This document shows positions 36,171 to 48,100 of a DNA stretch of 64,000 bases, piece after piece. Below the pieces are notes generated by a model. That model did not search any database, was not told the origin of the DNA, and saw nothing but the letters and a program-made list of their open reading frames with translations. This DNA is from Eledone cirrhosa (taxonomy: Eukaryota). The translations under genes were made by a program, and so were the position numbers. The DNA is taken from the NCBI GenBank assembly GCA_964016885.1, contig OZ024743.1, positions 136,648,001-136,712,000 of the forward strand, written 5' to 3'. The stretch's first letter is position 1. Every line of letters starts with the position of its first letter.

Positions 36171-39100
36171 TTGGTGTTTGTACCTGGTTCTTGGTGCTTG
36201 GTGTTTGGTTCTTGGTTCTTGGTGTTTGGTACTTGGTGCTTGGTGCTTGGTGCTTGGTGTTTGGTGTTTGGTGCTTGGTGTTTGGTGCTTGCTGCTTGGT
36301 GCTTGGTGCTTGGTGTTAGGTGTTTGGTGCTTGGTGCTTGGTGTTTGGTGCTTGGTGTTTGCTGTTTGGTGTTCGGTGTTTGGTGTTTGGTGTTTGCTGT
36401 TTGGTGTCTGCTTTTTGGTGTTTGGTGTTTGCTGTATGGTGTTTGCTGTTTCGTGTTTGGTGTTTGCTGTTTGGTGTTTGGTGCTTCGTGTTTGGTGCTT
36501 GGTATTTGGTGCTTGGTGCTTGGTGTTTGGTGCCTGGTGCTTGGTGCTTGGTGTTTGGTGCTTGGTGCTTGGTGCTTGGTCTTTGGTGCTTGGTGTTTGG
36601 TGCTTGGTGCTTGGTGCTTGGTGTTTGGTGCTTGGTGATTAGTGTTTGGTGCTTGGTGCTTGGGGTTTGGTGTTTGGTGCTTGGTACTTGGTGTTTGGTG
36701 CTTGGTGTTTGGTGTTTGCTGTTTGGTGTTTGGTGTTTGCTGTTTGCTGTTTGCTGTTTGCTTTTTGGTGTTTGGTGTTTGCTGTATGGTGTTTGCTGTT
36801 TGGTGTTTGGTGTTTGCTGTTTGGTGTTTGGTGTTTGCTGTTTGGTATTTGGTGCTTGGTGTTTGGTGCTTGGTGCTTGGTGTTTGGTGTTTGGTGCTTG
36901 GTGCTTGGTGTTTGGTGTTTGTTGCTTGGTGCTTGGTGCTTGGTGTTTGGTGTTTGGTGTTTGGTGCTTGGTGTCTGGTGTTTGGTGTTTGGTGTTTGGT
37001 GCTTGTTGCTTGGTGCTTGGTGCTTGGGGTTTGGTTCTTGGTTCTTGGTGTTTGGTACTTGGTGCTTGGTGTTTGGTGCTGGGTGCTTGGTGTTTGGTGC
37101 TTGGTGCTTGGTGCTTGCTGTTTGGTGTTTGGTGCTTGGTGCTTGGTGTTTGGTGTTTGGTGTTATATGCTTGGTGTTTGATGCTTGGTGCTTGGTGCTT
37201 GGTATTTGGTGTTCGGTGCTTGGTTTTTGTACTTGGTGCTTGGTTCTTGGTTCTTGGTGCTTGGTGCTTGGTGCTTGGTGCTTGGTGCATGGTGTTTGGT
37301 GCTTGGTGTTTGGTGCTTGGTGTTTGGTGCTTGGTGCCTGGTGCTTGGTGCTTGGTGCTTGGTGTTTGGTGCTTGGTGTTTGGTGCTTGGTGTTAGGTGT
37401 TTGGTGCTTGGTGCTTGGTGTTTGGTGTTTGGTGCTTGGTGTTTGGTGCTTGGTGCTTGGTGTTTGGTGTTTGGTGCTTGGTGTTTGGTGCTTGGTACTT
37501 GGTGCTTGGTGCTTGGTGTTAGGTGTTTGGTGCTTGGTGCTTGGTTTTTGGTGCTTGGTGCTTGGTGTTTGGTGTTTGGTGCTTGCTGCTGGCTGCTTGG
37601 TGTTTGGTGCTTGGTGATTGGTGCTTGGTGTTTGGTGCTTGGTGTTTGGTGTTTGGTACTAGGTGCTTGGTGTTTGGTGTTTGGTGTTTGGTGCTTGGTG
37701 TTTGGTGTTTGGTGTTTGGTGCTTGGTGCTTGGTGCTTGGTGCTGGGTGGTTGGTGTTTGGTGCTTGGTGATTAGTGTTTGGTGCTAGGTGCTTGGGGTT
37801 TGGTGTTTGGTGCTTGGTGCTTGGTGTTTGGTGCTTGGTGCTTGGTGTTTGGTGCTTGGTGCTTGGTGTTTGCTGTTTGCTGTTTGCTGTTTGGTGTTTG
37901 TTGTTTGGTGTTTGTTGATTGGTGTTTGCTGTTTGGTGCTTGGTGCTTGGTCTTTGGTGCTTGGTGTTTGGTGTTTGGTGCTTGGTGCTTTGTGTTTGGT
38001 GCTTGGTGATTAGTGTTTGGTGCTTGGTGCTTGGGGTTTGGTGTTTGGTGCTTGGTACTTGGTGTTTGGTGCTTGGTGTTTGGTGTTTGCTGTTTGGTGT
38101 TTGGTGTTTGGTGTTTGCTGTATGGTGTTTGCTGTTTCGTGTTTGGTGTTTGCTGTTTGGTGTTTGGTGTTTGCTGTTTCGTGTTTGGTCTTTGGTGCTT
38201 GGTGTTTGGTGCTTGGTGCTTGGTGTATGGTGTTTGGTGCTTGGTGTTTGGTGTTTGGTGCTTGGTGCTTGGTGCTTGGTGTTTGGTGTTTGGTGTTTGG
38301 TGCTTGGTGTCTGGTGCTTGGTGTTTGGTGTTTGGTGTTTGGTGCTTGGTGTTTGGTGTTTGGTGTTTGGTGTTTGGTGCTTGTTGCTTGGTACTTGGTG
38401 CTTGGTGTTTGGTGCTTGGTGCTTGGTGTTTGGTGCTGGGTGCTTGGTGTTTGGTGCTTGGTGCTTGGTGCTTGGTATTTGGTGTTTGGTGCTTGGTGCT
38501 TGGTGCTTGGTGTTTGGTGTTTGGTGTTTGGTGCTTGGTGTTTTATGCTTGGTGTTTGATATTTGGTGCTTGGTGCTTGGTGTTTGGTGCTTGGTGCTTG
38601 GTGTTTGTACTTGGTGCTTGGTGCTTGGTTCTTGGTGTTTGGTGCTTGGTGCTTGGTGCTTGGTGCTTGGTGTTTGGTGCTTGGTGTTTGGTGCTTGGTG
38701 TTTGGTGCTTGGTGCCTGGTGCTTGGTGCTTGGTGCTTGGTGTTTGGTGCTTGGTGTTTGGTGCTTGGTATTAGGTGTTTGGTGCTTGGTGCTTGGTGTT
38801 TGGTGTTTGGTGCTTGGTGTTTGGTGCTTGGTGCTTGGTGTTTGGTGTTTGGTGCTTGGTGTTTGGTGCTTGGTACTTGGTGCTTGGTGCTTGGTGTTAG
38901 GTGTTTGGTGCTTGGTGCTTGGTGTTTGGTTTTTGGTGCTTGGTGCTTGGTGTTCGGTGTTTGGTGCTTGCTGCTGGCTGCTTGGTGTTTGGTGCTTGGT
39001 GATTGGTGCTTGGTGTTTGGTGCTTGGTGTTTCGTGTTTGGTACTAGGTGCTTGGTGCTTGGTGTTTGGTGCTTGGTGCTTGGTGTTTGGTGTTTGGTGC

Positions 39101-42100
39101 TTGGTGCTTGGTGTTTGGTGCTTGGTGCTGGGTGCTGGGTGGTTGGTGTTTGGTGTTTGGTGTTTGGTGCTGGGTGCTTGGTGTTTGGTGCTTGGTGCTT
39201 GGTCTTTGGTGTTTGGTGTATGGTGTTTGGTGCTTGGTGCTTGGTGCTTGGTGTTTGGTGCTTGGTGCTTGGTGTTTGGTGCTTGGTGCTTAGTGTTTGG
39301 TGCTAGGTGCTTGGGATTTGGTGTTTGGTGCTTGGTGCTTGGTGTTTGGTGCTTGGTGCTTGGTGTTTGGTGTTTGGTGCTTGGTGCTTGGTGTTTGGTG
39401 TTTGGTGTTTGCTGTTTGGTGTTTGGTGTTTGGTGTTTGCTGTTTGGTGTCTGCTTTTTGGTGTTTGGTGTTGGCTGTATGTTATTTGCTGTTTGGTGTT
39501 TGGTGTTTGGTGTTTGGTGCTTGGTGCTTGGTGTTTGGTGTTTGGTGCTTGGTGCTTGGAGTTTGATGTTTGGTGCTTGGTGCTCGGTGTTTTGTGTTTG
39601 GTGTTTGGTTTTTGGTGCTTGGTGCTTGGTGCTTGTTGCTTGGTCCTTGGTGTTTGGTGCTTGGTGCTTGGTGTTTGTACTTGGTGCTTGGTGCTTGGTG
39701 TTTGGTTCTTGGTTCTTGGTGTTTGGTACTTGGTGCTTGGTGCTTGGTGCTTGGTGTTTGGTGTTTGGTGCTTGGTGTTTGGTGCTTGGTGCTTGGTGCT
39801 TGGTGTTAGGTGTTTGGTGCTTGGTGCTTGGTGTTTGGTGCTTGGTGTTTGGTGTTTGCTGTTTGGTGTTTGGTGCTTGGTGTTTGGTGTTTGCTGTTTG
39901 GTGTCTGCTTTTTGGTGTTTGGTGTTTGCTGTATGGTGTTTGCTGTTTCGTGTTTGGTGTTTGCTGTTTGGTGTTTGGTGTTTGCTGTTTGGTGTTTGGT
40001 CTTTGGTGCTTGGTGTTTGGTGCTTGGTGCTTGGTGTTTGGTGTTTGGTGCTTGGTGCTTGGTGCTTCGTGTTTGGTGTTTGGTGCTTGGAGTCTGGAGC
40101 TTGGTGTTTGGTGTTTGGTGCTTGGTGTTTGGTGTTTGGTGCTTGGTGCTTGGTGTTTGGTGCTTGGTGCTTGGTGTTTGTACTTGGTGCTTGGTGCTTG
40201 GTGTTTGGTGCTTGGTTCTTGGTGTTTGGTGCTTGGTGTTTGGTGCTTGGTGCTTGGTGTTTGGTGCTTGGTGCTTGGTGTTTGGTGTTTGGTGCTTGGT
40301 GCTTGGTGCTTGGTGTTTGGTGTTTGGTGCTTGGTGCTTGGTGTTTGGTGTTTGGTTCTTGGTGCTTGGTATTTGGTGCTTGGTGCTTGCTGCTTGGTGT
40401 TTGGTGCTTGGTGATTGATGCTTGGTGTTTGATGCTTGGTGCTTGGTGTTTGGTTTTTGGTGCTAGGTGCTTGGTGCTTGGTGTTTGGTGCTTGGTGTTT
40501 GGTGTTTGCTGCTTGGTGCTTGGGGCTTGGTGTTTGGTACTTGGTGCTTGGTGCTTGGTGTTTGGTGCTTGGTGCTTGGTGTATGGTGTTTGGTGTTTGG
40601 TGCTTGGTGTTTGGTGTTTGGTGCTTGGTGCTTGGTGTTTGTTGCTTGGTACTTGGTTCATGGTGTTTGGTGCTGGGTGCTTGGTGTTTGGTGCTTGGTG
40701 CTTGGTGTTTGGTGTTTGGTGCTTGGTGTTTGGTGTTTGGTGCTTGGTGCTTGGTGTTTGTTGCTTGGTACTTGGTGCATGGTGTTTGGTGCTGGGTGCT
40801 TGGTGTTTGGTGCTTGGTGTTTGGTGCTTGGTGCTTGGTGTTTGGTGTTTGGTGTTTGATGCTTGGTGTTTGATGCTTGGTGCTTGGTGCTTGGTGTTTG
40901 GTGCTTGGTGTTTGTACTTGGTGCTTGGTGTTTTGTGCTTGGTTCTTTGTGTTTGGTGTTTGGTGCTTGGTGCTTGGGGCTTGGTGTTAGGTGTTTGGTG
41001 CTTGGTGCTTGGTGTTTGGTGTTTGGTCCTTGGTGCTTGGTGTTTAGTGCTTGGTGCTTGGTGTTTGTTGTTTGGTGCTTTCTGCTTGCTGCTTGGCGTT
41101 TGGTGCTTGGTGCTTGGTGCTTGGTGTTTGGTGTTTGGTGCTAGGTGCTTGGTGTTTGGTGTTTGGTGTTTGATGCTTGGTGTTTGGTGCTTGGTGTTTG
41201 GTGTTTTGTGCTTGGTGCTTGGGGCTTGGTGTTTAGTGGTTGGTGCTTGGTGCTTGGTGTTTTGTGCTTGGTGCTTGGTGTTTGGTGTTTGGTGTTTGGT
41301 GCTTGGTGCTTGGTGTTTGGTGCTTGGTGCTTGGTGCTGGGTGGTTGGTATTTGGTGCTTGGTGCTTGGTGTTTGGTGCTTGGTGCTTGGTGCTTGGTGT
41401 TTGGTGCTTGGTGCTTGGTGCTTGGTCTTTGGTGCTTGGTGTTTGGTGCTTGGTGCTTGGTGCTTGGTGTTTGGTGCTTGGTGATTAGTGTTTGGTGCTT
41501 GGTGCTTGGGGTTTGGTGTTTGGTGCTTGGTACTTGGTGTTTGGTGCTTGGTGTTTGGTGTTTGCTGTTTGGTGTTTGGTGTTTGCTGTTTGCTGTTTGC
41601 TGTTTGCTTTTTGGTGTTTGGTGTTTGCTGTATGGTGTTTGCTGTTTGGTGTTTGGTGTTTGCTGTTTGGTGTTTGGTGTTTGCTGTTTGGTCTTTGGTG
41701 CTTGGTGTTTGGTGCTTGGTGCTTGGTGTTTGGTGTTTGGTGCTTGGTGCTTGGTGTTTGGTGTTTGTTGCTTGGTGCTTGGTGCTTGGTGTTTGGTGTT
41801 TGGTGTTTGGTGCTTGGTGTCTGGTGCTTGGTGTTTGGTGTTTGGTGTTTGGTGCTTGGTGTTTGGTGTTTGGTGTTTGGTGCTTGGTGCTTGGTGTTTG
41901 TTGTTTGGTGCTTTCTGCTTGCTGCTTGGCGTTTGGTGCTTGGTGCTTGGTGCTTGCTGTTTGGTGTTTGGTGCTTGGTGCTTGGTGTTTGGTGTTTGGT
42001 GTTATATGCTTGGTGTTTGATGCTTGGTGCTTGGTGCTTGGTATTTGGTGTTTGGTGCTTGGTGTTTGTACTTGGTGCTTGGTTCTTGGTTCTTGGTGCT

Positions 42101-45100
42101 TGGTGCTTGGTGCTGGGTGCTTGGTGCTTGGTGTTTGGTGCTTGGTGTTTGGTGCTTGGTGTTTGGTGCTTGGTGCCTGGTGCTTGGTGCTTGGTGCTTG
42201 GTGTTTGGTGCTTGGTGTTTGGTGCTTGGTGTTAGGTGTTTGGTGCTTGGTGCTTGGTGTTTGGTGTTTGGTGCTTGGTGTTTGGTGCTTGGTGCTTGGT
42301 GTTTGGTGTTTGGTGCTTGGTGTTTGGTGCTTGGTACTTGGTGCTTGGTGCTTGGTGTTAGGTGTTTGGTGCTTGGTGCTTGGTGTTTGGTGTTTTGTGC
42401 TTGCTGCTGGCTGCTTGGTGTTTGGTGCTTGGTGATTGGCGCTTGGTGTTTGGTGCTTGGTGTTTGGTGTTTGGTACTAGGTGCTTGGTGTTTGGTGTTT
42501 GGTGCTTGGTGCTTGGTGTTTGGTGTTTGGTGTTTGGTGCTTGGTGCTTGGTGCTTGGTGCTGGGTGGTTGGTGTTTGGTGCTTGGTGATTAGTGTTTGG
42601 TGCTAGGTGCTTGGGGTTTGGTGTTTGGTGCTTGGTGCTTGGTGTTTGGTGCTTGGTGCTTGGTGTTTGGTGCTTGGTGCTTGGTGTTTGGTGTTTGCTG
42701 TTTGCTGTTTGGTGTTTGTTGTTTGGTGTTTGTTGATTGGTGTTTGCTGTTTGGTGTTTGGTATTTGGTGTTTGCTGTTTGGTGTCTGCTTTTTGGTGTT
42801 TGGTGTTTGCTGTATGTTGTTTGCTGTTTGGTGTTTGGTGTTTGGTGTTTGGTGTTTGCTGCTTGGTGCTTGGTGTTTGGTGCTTGGGGCTTGGTGTTTG
42901 GTGCCTGGTGCTTGGTACTTGGTTGTTTGGTGTTTGGTGCTTGGTGCTTGGGGCTTGGAGTTTGGTGTTTGGTGCTTGGTGCTTGGTGTTTGTACTTGGT
43001 GCTTGGTGCTTGGTGTTTGGTTCTTGGTTCTTGGTGTTTGGTACTTGGTGCTTGGTGCTTGGTGCTTGGTGTTTGGTGTTTGGTGCTTGGTGTTTGGTGC
43101 TTGCTGCTTGGTGCTTGGTGCTTGGTGTTAGGTGTTTGGTGCTTGGTGCTTGGTGTTTGGTGCTTGGTGTTTGCTGTTTGGTGTTTGGTGTTTGGTGTTT
43201 GGTGTTTGCTGTTTGGTGTCTGCTTTTTGGTGTTTGGTGTTTGCTGTATGGTGTTTGCTGTTTCGTGTTTGGTGTTTGCTGTTTGGTGTTTGGTGCTTCG
43301 TGTTTGGTGCTTGGTGTTTGGTGCTTGGTGCCTGGTGCTTGGTGCTTGGTGCTTGCTGCTGGCTGCTTGGTGTTTGGTGCTTGGTGATTAGTGCTTGGTG
43401 TTTGGTGCTTGGTGTTTGGTGTTTGGTACTAGGTGCTTGGTGTTTGGTGTTTGGTGCTTGGTGCTTGGTGTTTGGTGTTTGGTGTTTGGTGTTTGGCGCT
43501 TGGTGCTTGGTGCTTGGTGCTGGGTGGTTGGTGTTTGGTGCTTGGTGATTAGTGTTTGGTGCTAGGTGCTTGGGGTTTGGTGTTTGGTGCTTGGTGCTTG
43601 GTGTTTGGTGCTTGGTGCTTCGTGTTTGGTGCTTGGTGCTTGGTGTTTGCTGTTTGCTGTTTGCTGTTTGGTGTTTGTTGTTTGGTGTTTGTTGATTGGT
43701 GTTTGCTGTTTGGTGCTTGGTGCTTGGTCTTTGGTGCTTGGTGTTTGGTGTTTGGTGCTGCGTGCTTTGTGTTTGGTGCTTGGTGATTAGTGTTTGGTGC
43801 TTGGTGCTTGGGGTTTGGTGTTTGGTGCTTGGTGCTTGGTGTTTGGTGCTTGGTGTTTGGTGTTTGCTGTTTGGTGTTTGGTGTTTGGTGTTTGCTGTAT
43901 GGTGTTTGCTGTTTTGTGTTTGGTGTTTGCTGTTTGGTGTTTGGTGTTTGCTGTTTGGTGTTTGGTCTTTGGTGCTTGGTGTTTGGTGCTTGGTGCTTGG
44001 TGTTTGGTGTTTGGTGCTTGGTGTTTGGTGTTTGGTGCTTGGTGCTTGGTGCTTGGTGTTTGGTGTTTGGTGTTTGGTGCTTGGTGTCTGGTGCTTGGTG
44101 TTTGGTGTTTGGTGTTTGGTGCTTGGTGTTTGGTGTTTGGTGTTTGGTGCTTGGTGCTTGTTGCTTGGTACTTGGTGCTTGGTGTTTGGTGCTTGGTGCT
44201 TGGTGTTTGGTGCTGGGTGCTTGGTGTTTGGTGCTTGGTGCTTGGTGCTTGGTGTTTGGTGTTTGGTGCTTGGTGCTTGGTGCTTGGTGTTTGGTGTTTG
44301 GTGCTTGGTGTTTTATGCTTGGTGTTTGATGTTTGGTGCTTGGTGCTTGGTGTTTGTTTCTTGGTGCTTGGTGTTTGTACTTGGTGCTTGGTGCTTGGTT
44401 CTTGGTGTTTGGTGCTTGGTGCTTGGTGCTTGGTGCTTGGTGTTTGGTGCTTGGTGTTTGGTGCTTGGTGTTTGGTGCTTGGTGCCTGGTGCTTGGTGCT
44501 TGGTGCTTGGTGTTTGGTGCTTGGTGTTTGGTGCTTGGTGTTTGGTGCTTGGTGTTTGGTGCTTGGTGCCTGGTGCTTGGTGCTTGGTGGTTGGTGTTTG
44601 GTGCTTGGTGATTAGTGTTTGGTGCTAGGTGCTTGGGGTTTGGTGTTTGGTGCTTGGTGCTTGGTGTTTGGTGCTTGGTGCTTGGTGTTTGGTGCTTGGT
44701 GCTTGGTGTTTGCTGTTTGCTGTTTGCTGTTTGGTGTTTGTTGTTTGGTGTTTGTTGATTGGTGTTTGCTGTTTGGTGCTTGGTGCTTGGTCTTTGGTGC
44801 TTGGTGTTTGGTGTTTGGTGCTTCGTGCTTTGTGTTTGGTGCTTGGTGATTAGTGTTTGGTGCTTGGTGCTTGGGGTTTGGTGTTTGGTGCTTGGTACTT
44901 GGTGTTTGGTGCTTGGTGTTTGGTGTTTGCTGTTTGGTGTTTGGTGTTTGGTGTTTGCTGTATGGTGTTTGCTGTTTCGTGTTTGGTGTTTGCTGTTTGG
45001 TGTTTGGTGTTTGCTGTTTGGTGTTTGGTCTTTGGTGCTTGGTGTTTGGTGCTTGGTGCTTGGTGTTTGGTGTTTGGTGCTTGGTGTTTGGTGTTTGGTG

Positions 45101-48100
45101 CTTGGTGCTTGGTGCTTGGTGTTTGGTGTTTGGTGTTTGGTGCTTGGTGTCTGGTGCTTGGTGTTTGGTGTTTGGTGTTTGGTGCTTGGTGTTTGGTGTT
45201 TGGTGTTTGGTGCTTGGTGCTTGTTGCTTGGTACTTGGTGCTTGGTGTTTGGTGCTTGGTGCTTGGTGTTTGGTGCTGGGTGCTTGGTGTTTGGTGCTTG
45301 GTGCTTGGTGCTTGGTGTTTGGTGTTTGGTGCTTGGTGCTTGGTGCTTGGTGTTTGGTGTTTGGTGCTTGGTGTTTTATGCTTGGTGTTTGATGTTTGGT
45401 GCTTGGTGCTTGGTGTTTGGTGCTTGGTGCTTGGTGTTTGTACTTGGTGCTTGGTGCTTGGTTCTTGGTGTTTGGTGCTTGGTGCTTGGTGCTTGGTGCT
45501 TGGTGTTTGGTGCTTGGTGTTTGGTGCTTGGTGTTTGGTGCTTGGTGCCTGGTGCTTGGTGCTTGGTGCTTGGTGTTTGGTGCTTGGTGTTTGGTGCTTG
45601 GTATTAGGTGTTTGGTGCTTGGTGCTGGGTGCTGGGTGGTTGGTGTTTGGTGTTTGGTGTTTGGTGCTGGGTGCTTGGTGTTTGGTGCTTGGTGCTTGGT
45701 CTTTGGTGTTTGGTGTTTGGTGTTTGGTGCTTGGTGCTTGGTGCTTGGTGTTTGGTGCTTGGTGCTTGGTGTTTGGTGCTTGGTGCTTAGTGTTTGGTGC
45801 TAGGTGCTTGGGATTTGGTGTTTGGTGCTTGGTGCTTGGTGTTTGGTGCTTGGTGCTTGGTGTTTGGTGTTTGGTGCTTGGTGCTTGGTGTTTGGTGTTT
45901 GGTGTTTGCTGTTTGGTGTTTGGTGTTTGGTGTTTGCTGTTTGGTGTCTGCTTTTTGGTGTTTGGTGTTGGCTGTATGTTATTTGCTGTTTGGTGTTTGG
46001 TGTTTGGTGTTTGGTGCTTGGTGCTTGGTGTTTGGTGTTTGGTGCTTGGTGCTTGGAGTTTGGTGTTTGGTGCTTGGTGCTTGGTGTTTTGTGTTTGGTG
46101 TTTGGTATTTGGTGCTTGGTGCTTGGTGCTTGTTGCTTGGTCCTTGGTGTTTGGTGCTTGGTGCTTGGTGTTTGTACTTGGTGCTTGGTGCTTGGTGTTT
46201 GGTTCTTGGTTCTTGGTGTTTGGTACTTGGTGCTTGGTGCTTGGTGCTTGGTGTTTGGTGTTTGGTGCTTGGTGTTTGGTGCTTGGTGCTTGGTGCTTGG
46301 TGTTAGGTGTTTGGTGCTTGGTGCTTGGTGTTTGGTGCTTGGTGTTTGGTGTTTGCTGTTTGGTGTTTGGTGCTTGGTGTTTGGTGTTTGCTGTTTGGTG
46401 TCTGCTTTTTGGTGTTTGGTGTTTGCTGTATGGTGTTTGCTGTTTCGTGTTTGGTGTTTGCTGTTTGGTGTTTGGTGTTTGCTGTTTGGTGTTTGGTCTT
46501 TGGTGCTTGGTGTTTGGTGCTTGGTGCTTGGTGTTTGGTGTTTGGTGCTTGGTGCTTGGTGCTTCGTGTTTGGTGTTTGGTGCTTGGTGTCTGGAGCTTG
46601 GTGTTTGGTGTTTGGTGCTTGGTGTTTGGTGTTTGGTGCTTGGTGCTTGGTGTTTGGTGCTTGGTGCTTGGTGTTTGTACTTGGTGCTTGGTGCTTGGTG
46701 TTTGGTGCTTGGTTCTTGGTGTTTGGTGCTTGGTGTTTGGTGCTTGGTGCTTGGTGTTTGGTGCTTGGTGCTTGGTGTTTGGTGTTTGGTGCTTGGTGCT
46801 TGGTGCTTGGTGTTTGGTGTTTGGTGCTTGGTGCTTGGTGTTTGGTGTTTGGTTCTTGGTGCTTGGTATTTGGTGCTTGGTGCTTGCTGCTTGGTGTTTG
46901 GTGCTTGGTGATTGATGCTTGGTGTTTGATGCTTGGTGCTTGGTGTTTGGTTTTTGGTGCTAGGTGCTTGGTGCTTGGTGTTTGGTGCTTGGTGTTTGGT
47001 GTTTGCTGCTTGGTGCTTGGGGCTTGGTGTTTGGTACTTGGTGCTTGGTGCTTGGTGTTTGGTGCTTGGTGCTTGGTGTATGGTGTTTGGTGTTTGGTGC
47101 TTGGTGTTTGGTGTTTGGTGCTTGGTGCTTGGTGTTTGTTGCTTGGTACATGGTTCATGGTGTTTGGTGCTGGGTGCTTGGTATTTGGTGCTTGGTGCTT
47201 GGTGTTTGGTGTTTGGTGCTTGGTGTTTGGTGTTTGGTGCTTGGTGCTTGGTGTTTGTTGCTTGGTACTTGGTGCATGGTGTTTGGTGCTGGGTGCTTGG
47301 TGTTTGGTGCTTGGTGTTTGGTGCTTGGTGCTTGGTGTTTGGTGTTTGGTGTTTGATGCTTGGTGTTTGATGCTTGGTGCTTGGTGCTTGGTGTTTGGTG
47401 CTTGGTGTTTGTACTTGGTGCTTGGTGTTTTGTGCTTGGTTCTTTGTGTTTGGTGTTTGGTGCTTGGTGCTTGGTGCTTGGTGTTAGGTGTTTGGTGCTT
47501 GGTGCTTGGTGTTTGGTGTTTGGTCCTTGGTGCTTGGTGTTTAGTGCTTGGTGCTTGGTGTTTGTTGTTTGGTGCTTTCTGCTTGCTGCTTGGCGTTTGG
47601 TGCTTGGTGCTTGGTGCTTGGTGTTTGGTGTTTGGTGCTAGGTGCTTGGTGTTTGGTGTTTGGTGTTTGATGCTTGTTGTTTGGTGCTTGGTGTTTGGTG
47701 TTTTGTGCTTGGTGCTTGGGGCTTGGTGTTTAGTGGTTGGTGCTTGGTGCTTGGTGTTTGGTGCTTGGTGCTTGGTGTTTGGTGTTTGGTGTTTGGTGCT
47801 TGGGGCTTGGTGTTTGGTGCTTGGTGCTTGGTGCTGGGTGGTTGGTATTTGGTGCTTGGTGCTTGGTGTTTGGTGCTTGGTGCTTGGTGCTTGGTGTTTG
47901 GTGCTTGGTGCTTGGTGCTTGGTCTTTGGTGCTTGGTGTTTGGTGCTTGGTGCTTGGTGCTTGGTGTTTGGTGCTTGGTGATTAGTGTTTGGTGCTTGGT
48001 GCTTGGGGTTTGGTGTTTGGTGCTTGGTACTTGGTGTTTGGTGCTTGGTGTTTGGTGTTTGCTGTTTGGTGTTTGCTGTTTGGTGTTTGGTGTTTGCTGT

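Larger units (their letters stand above)
19020..40150 (+). repeat. Paralogous blocks ~19.0-22.6 kb and ~36.55-40.15 kb (offset 17506/17513)
   Basis: ORF pairs 19136/36642, 19679/37185, 20017/37523, 20273/37779, 20507/38013 (17506); 21050/38563, 21535/39048, 21794/39307 (17513). Confidence 0.87.
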
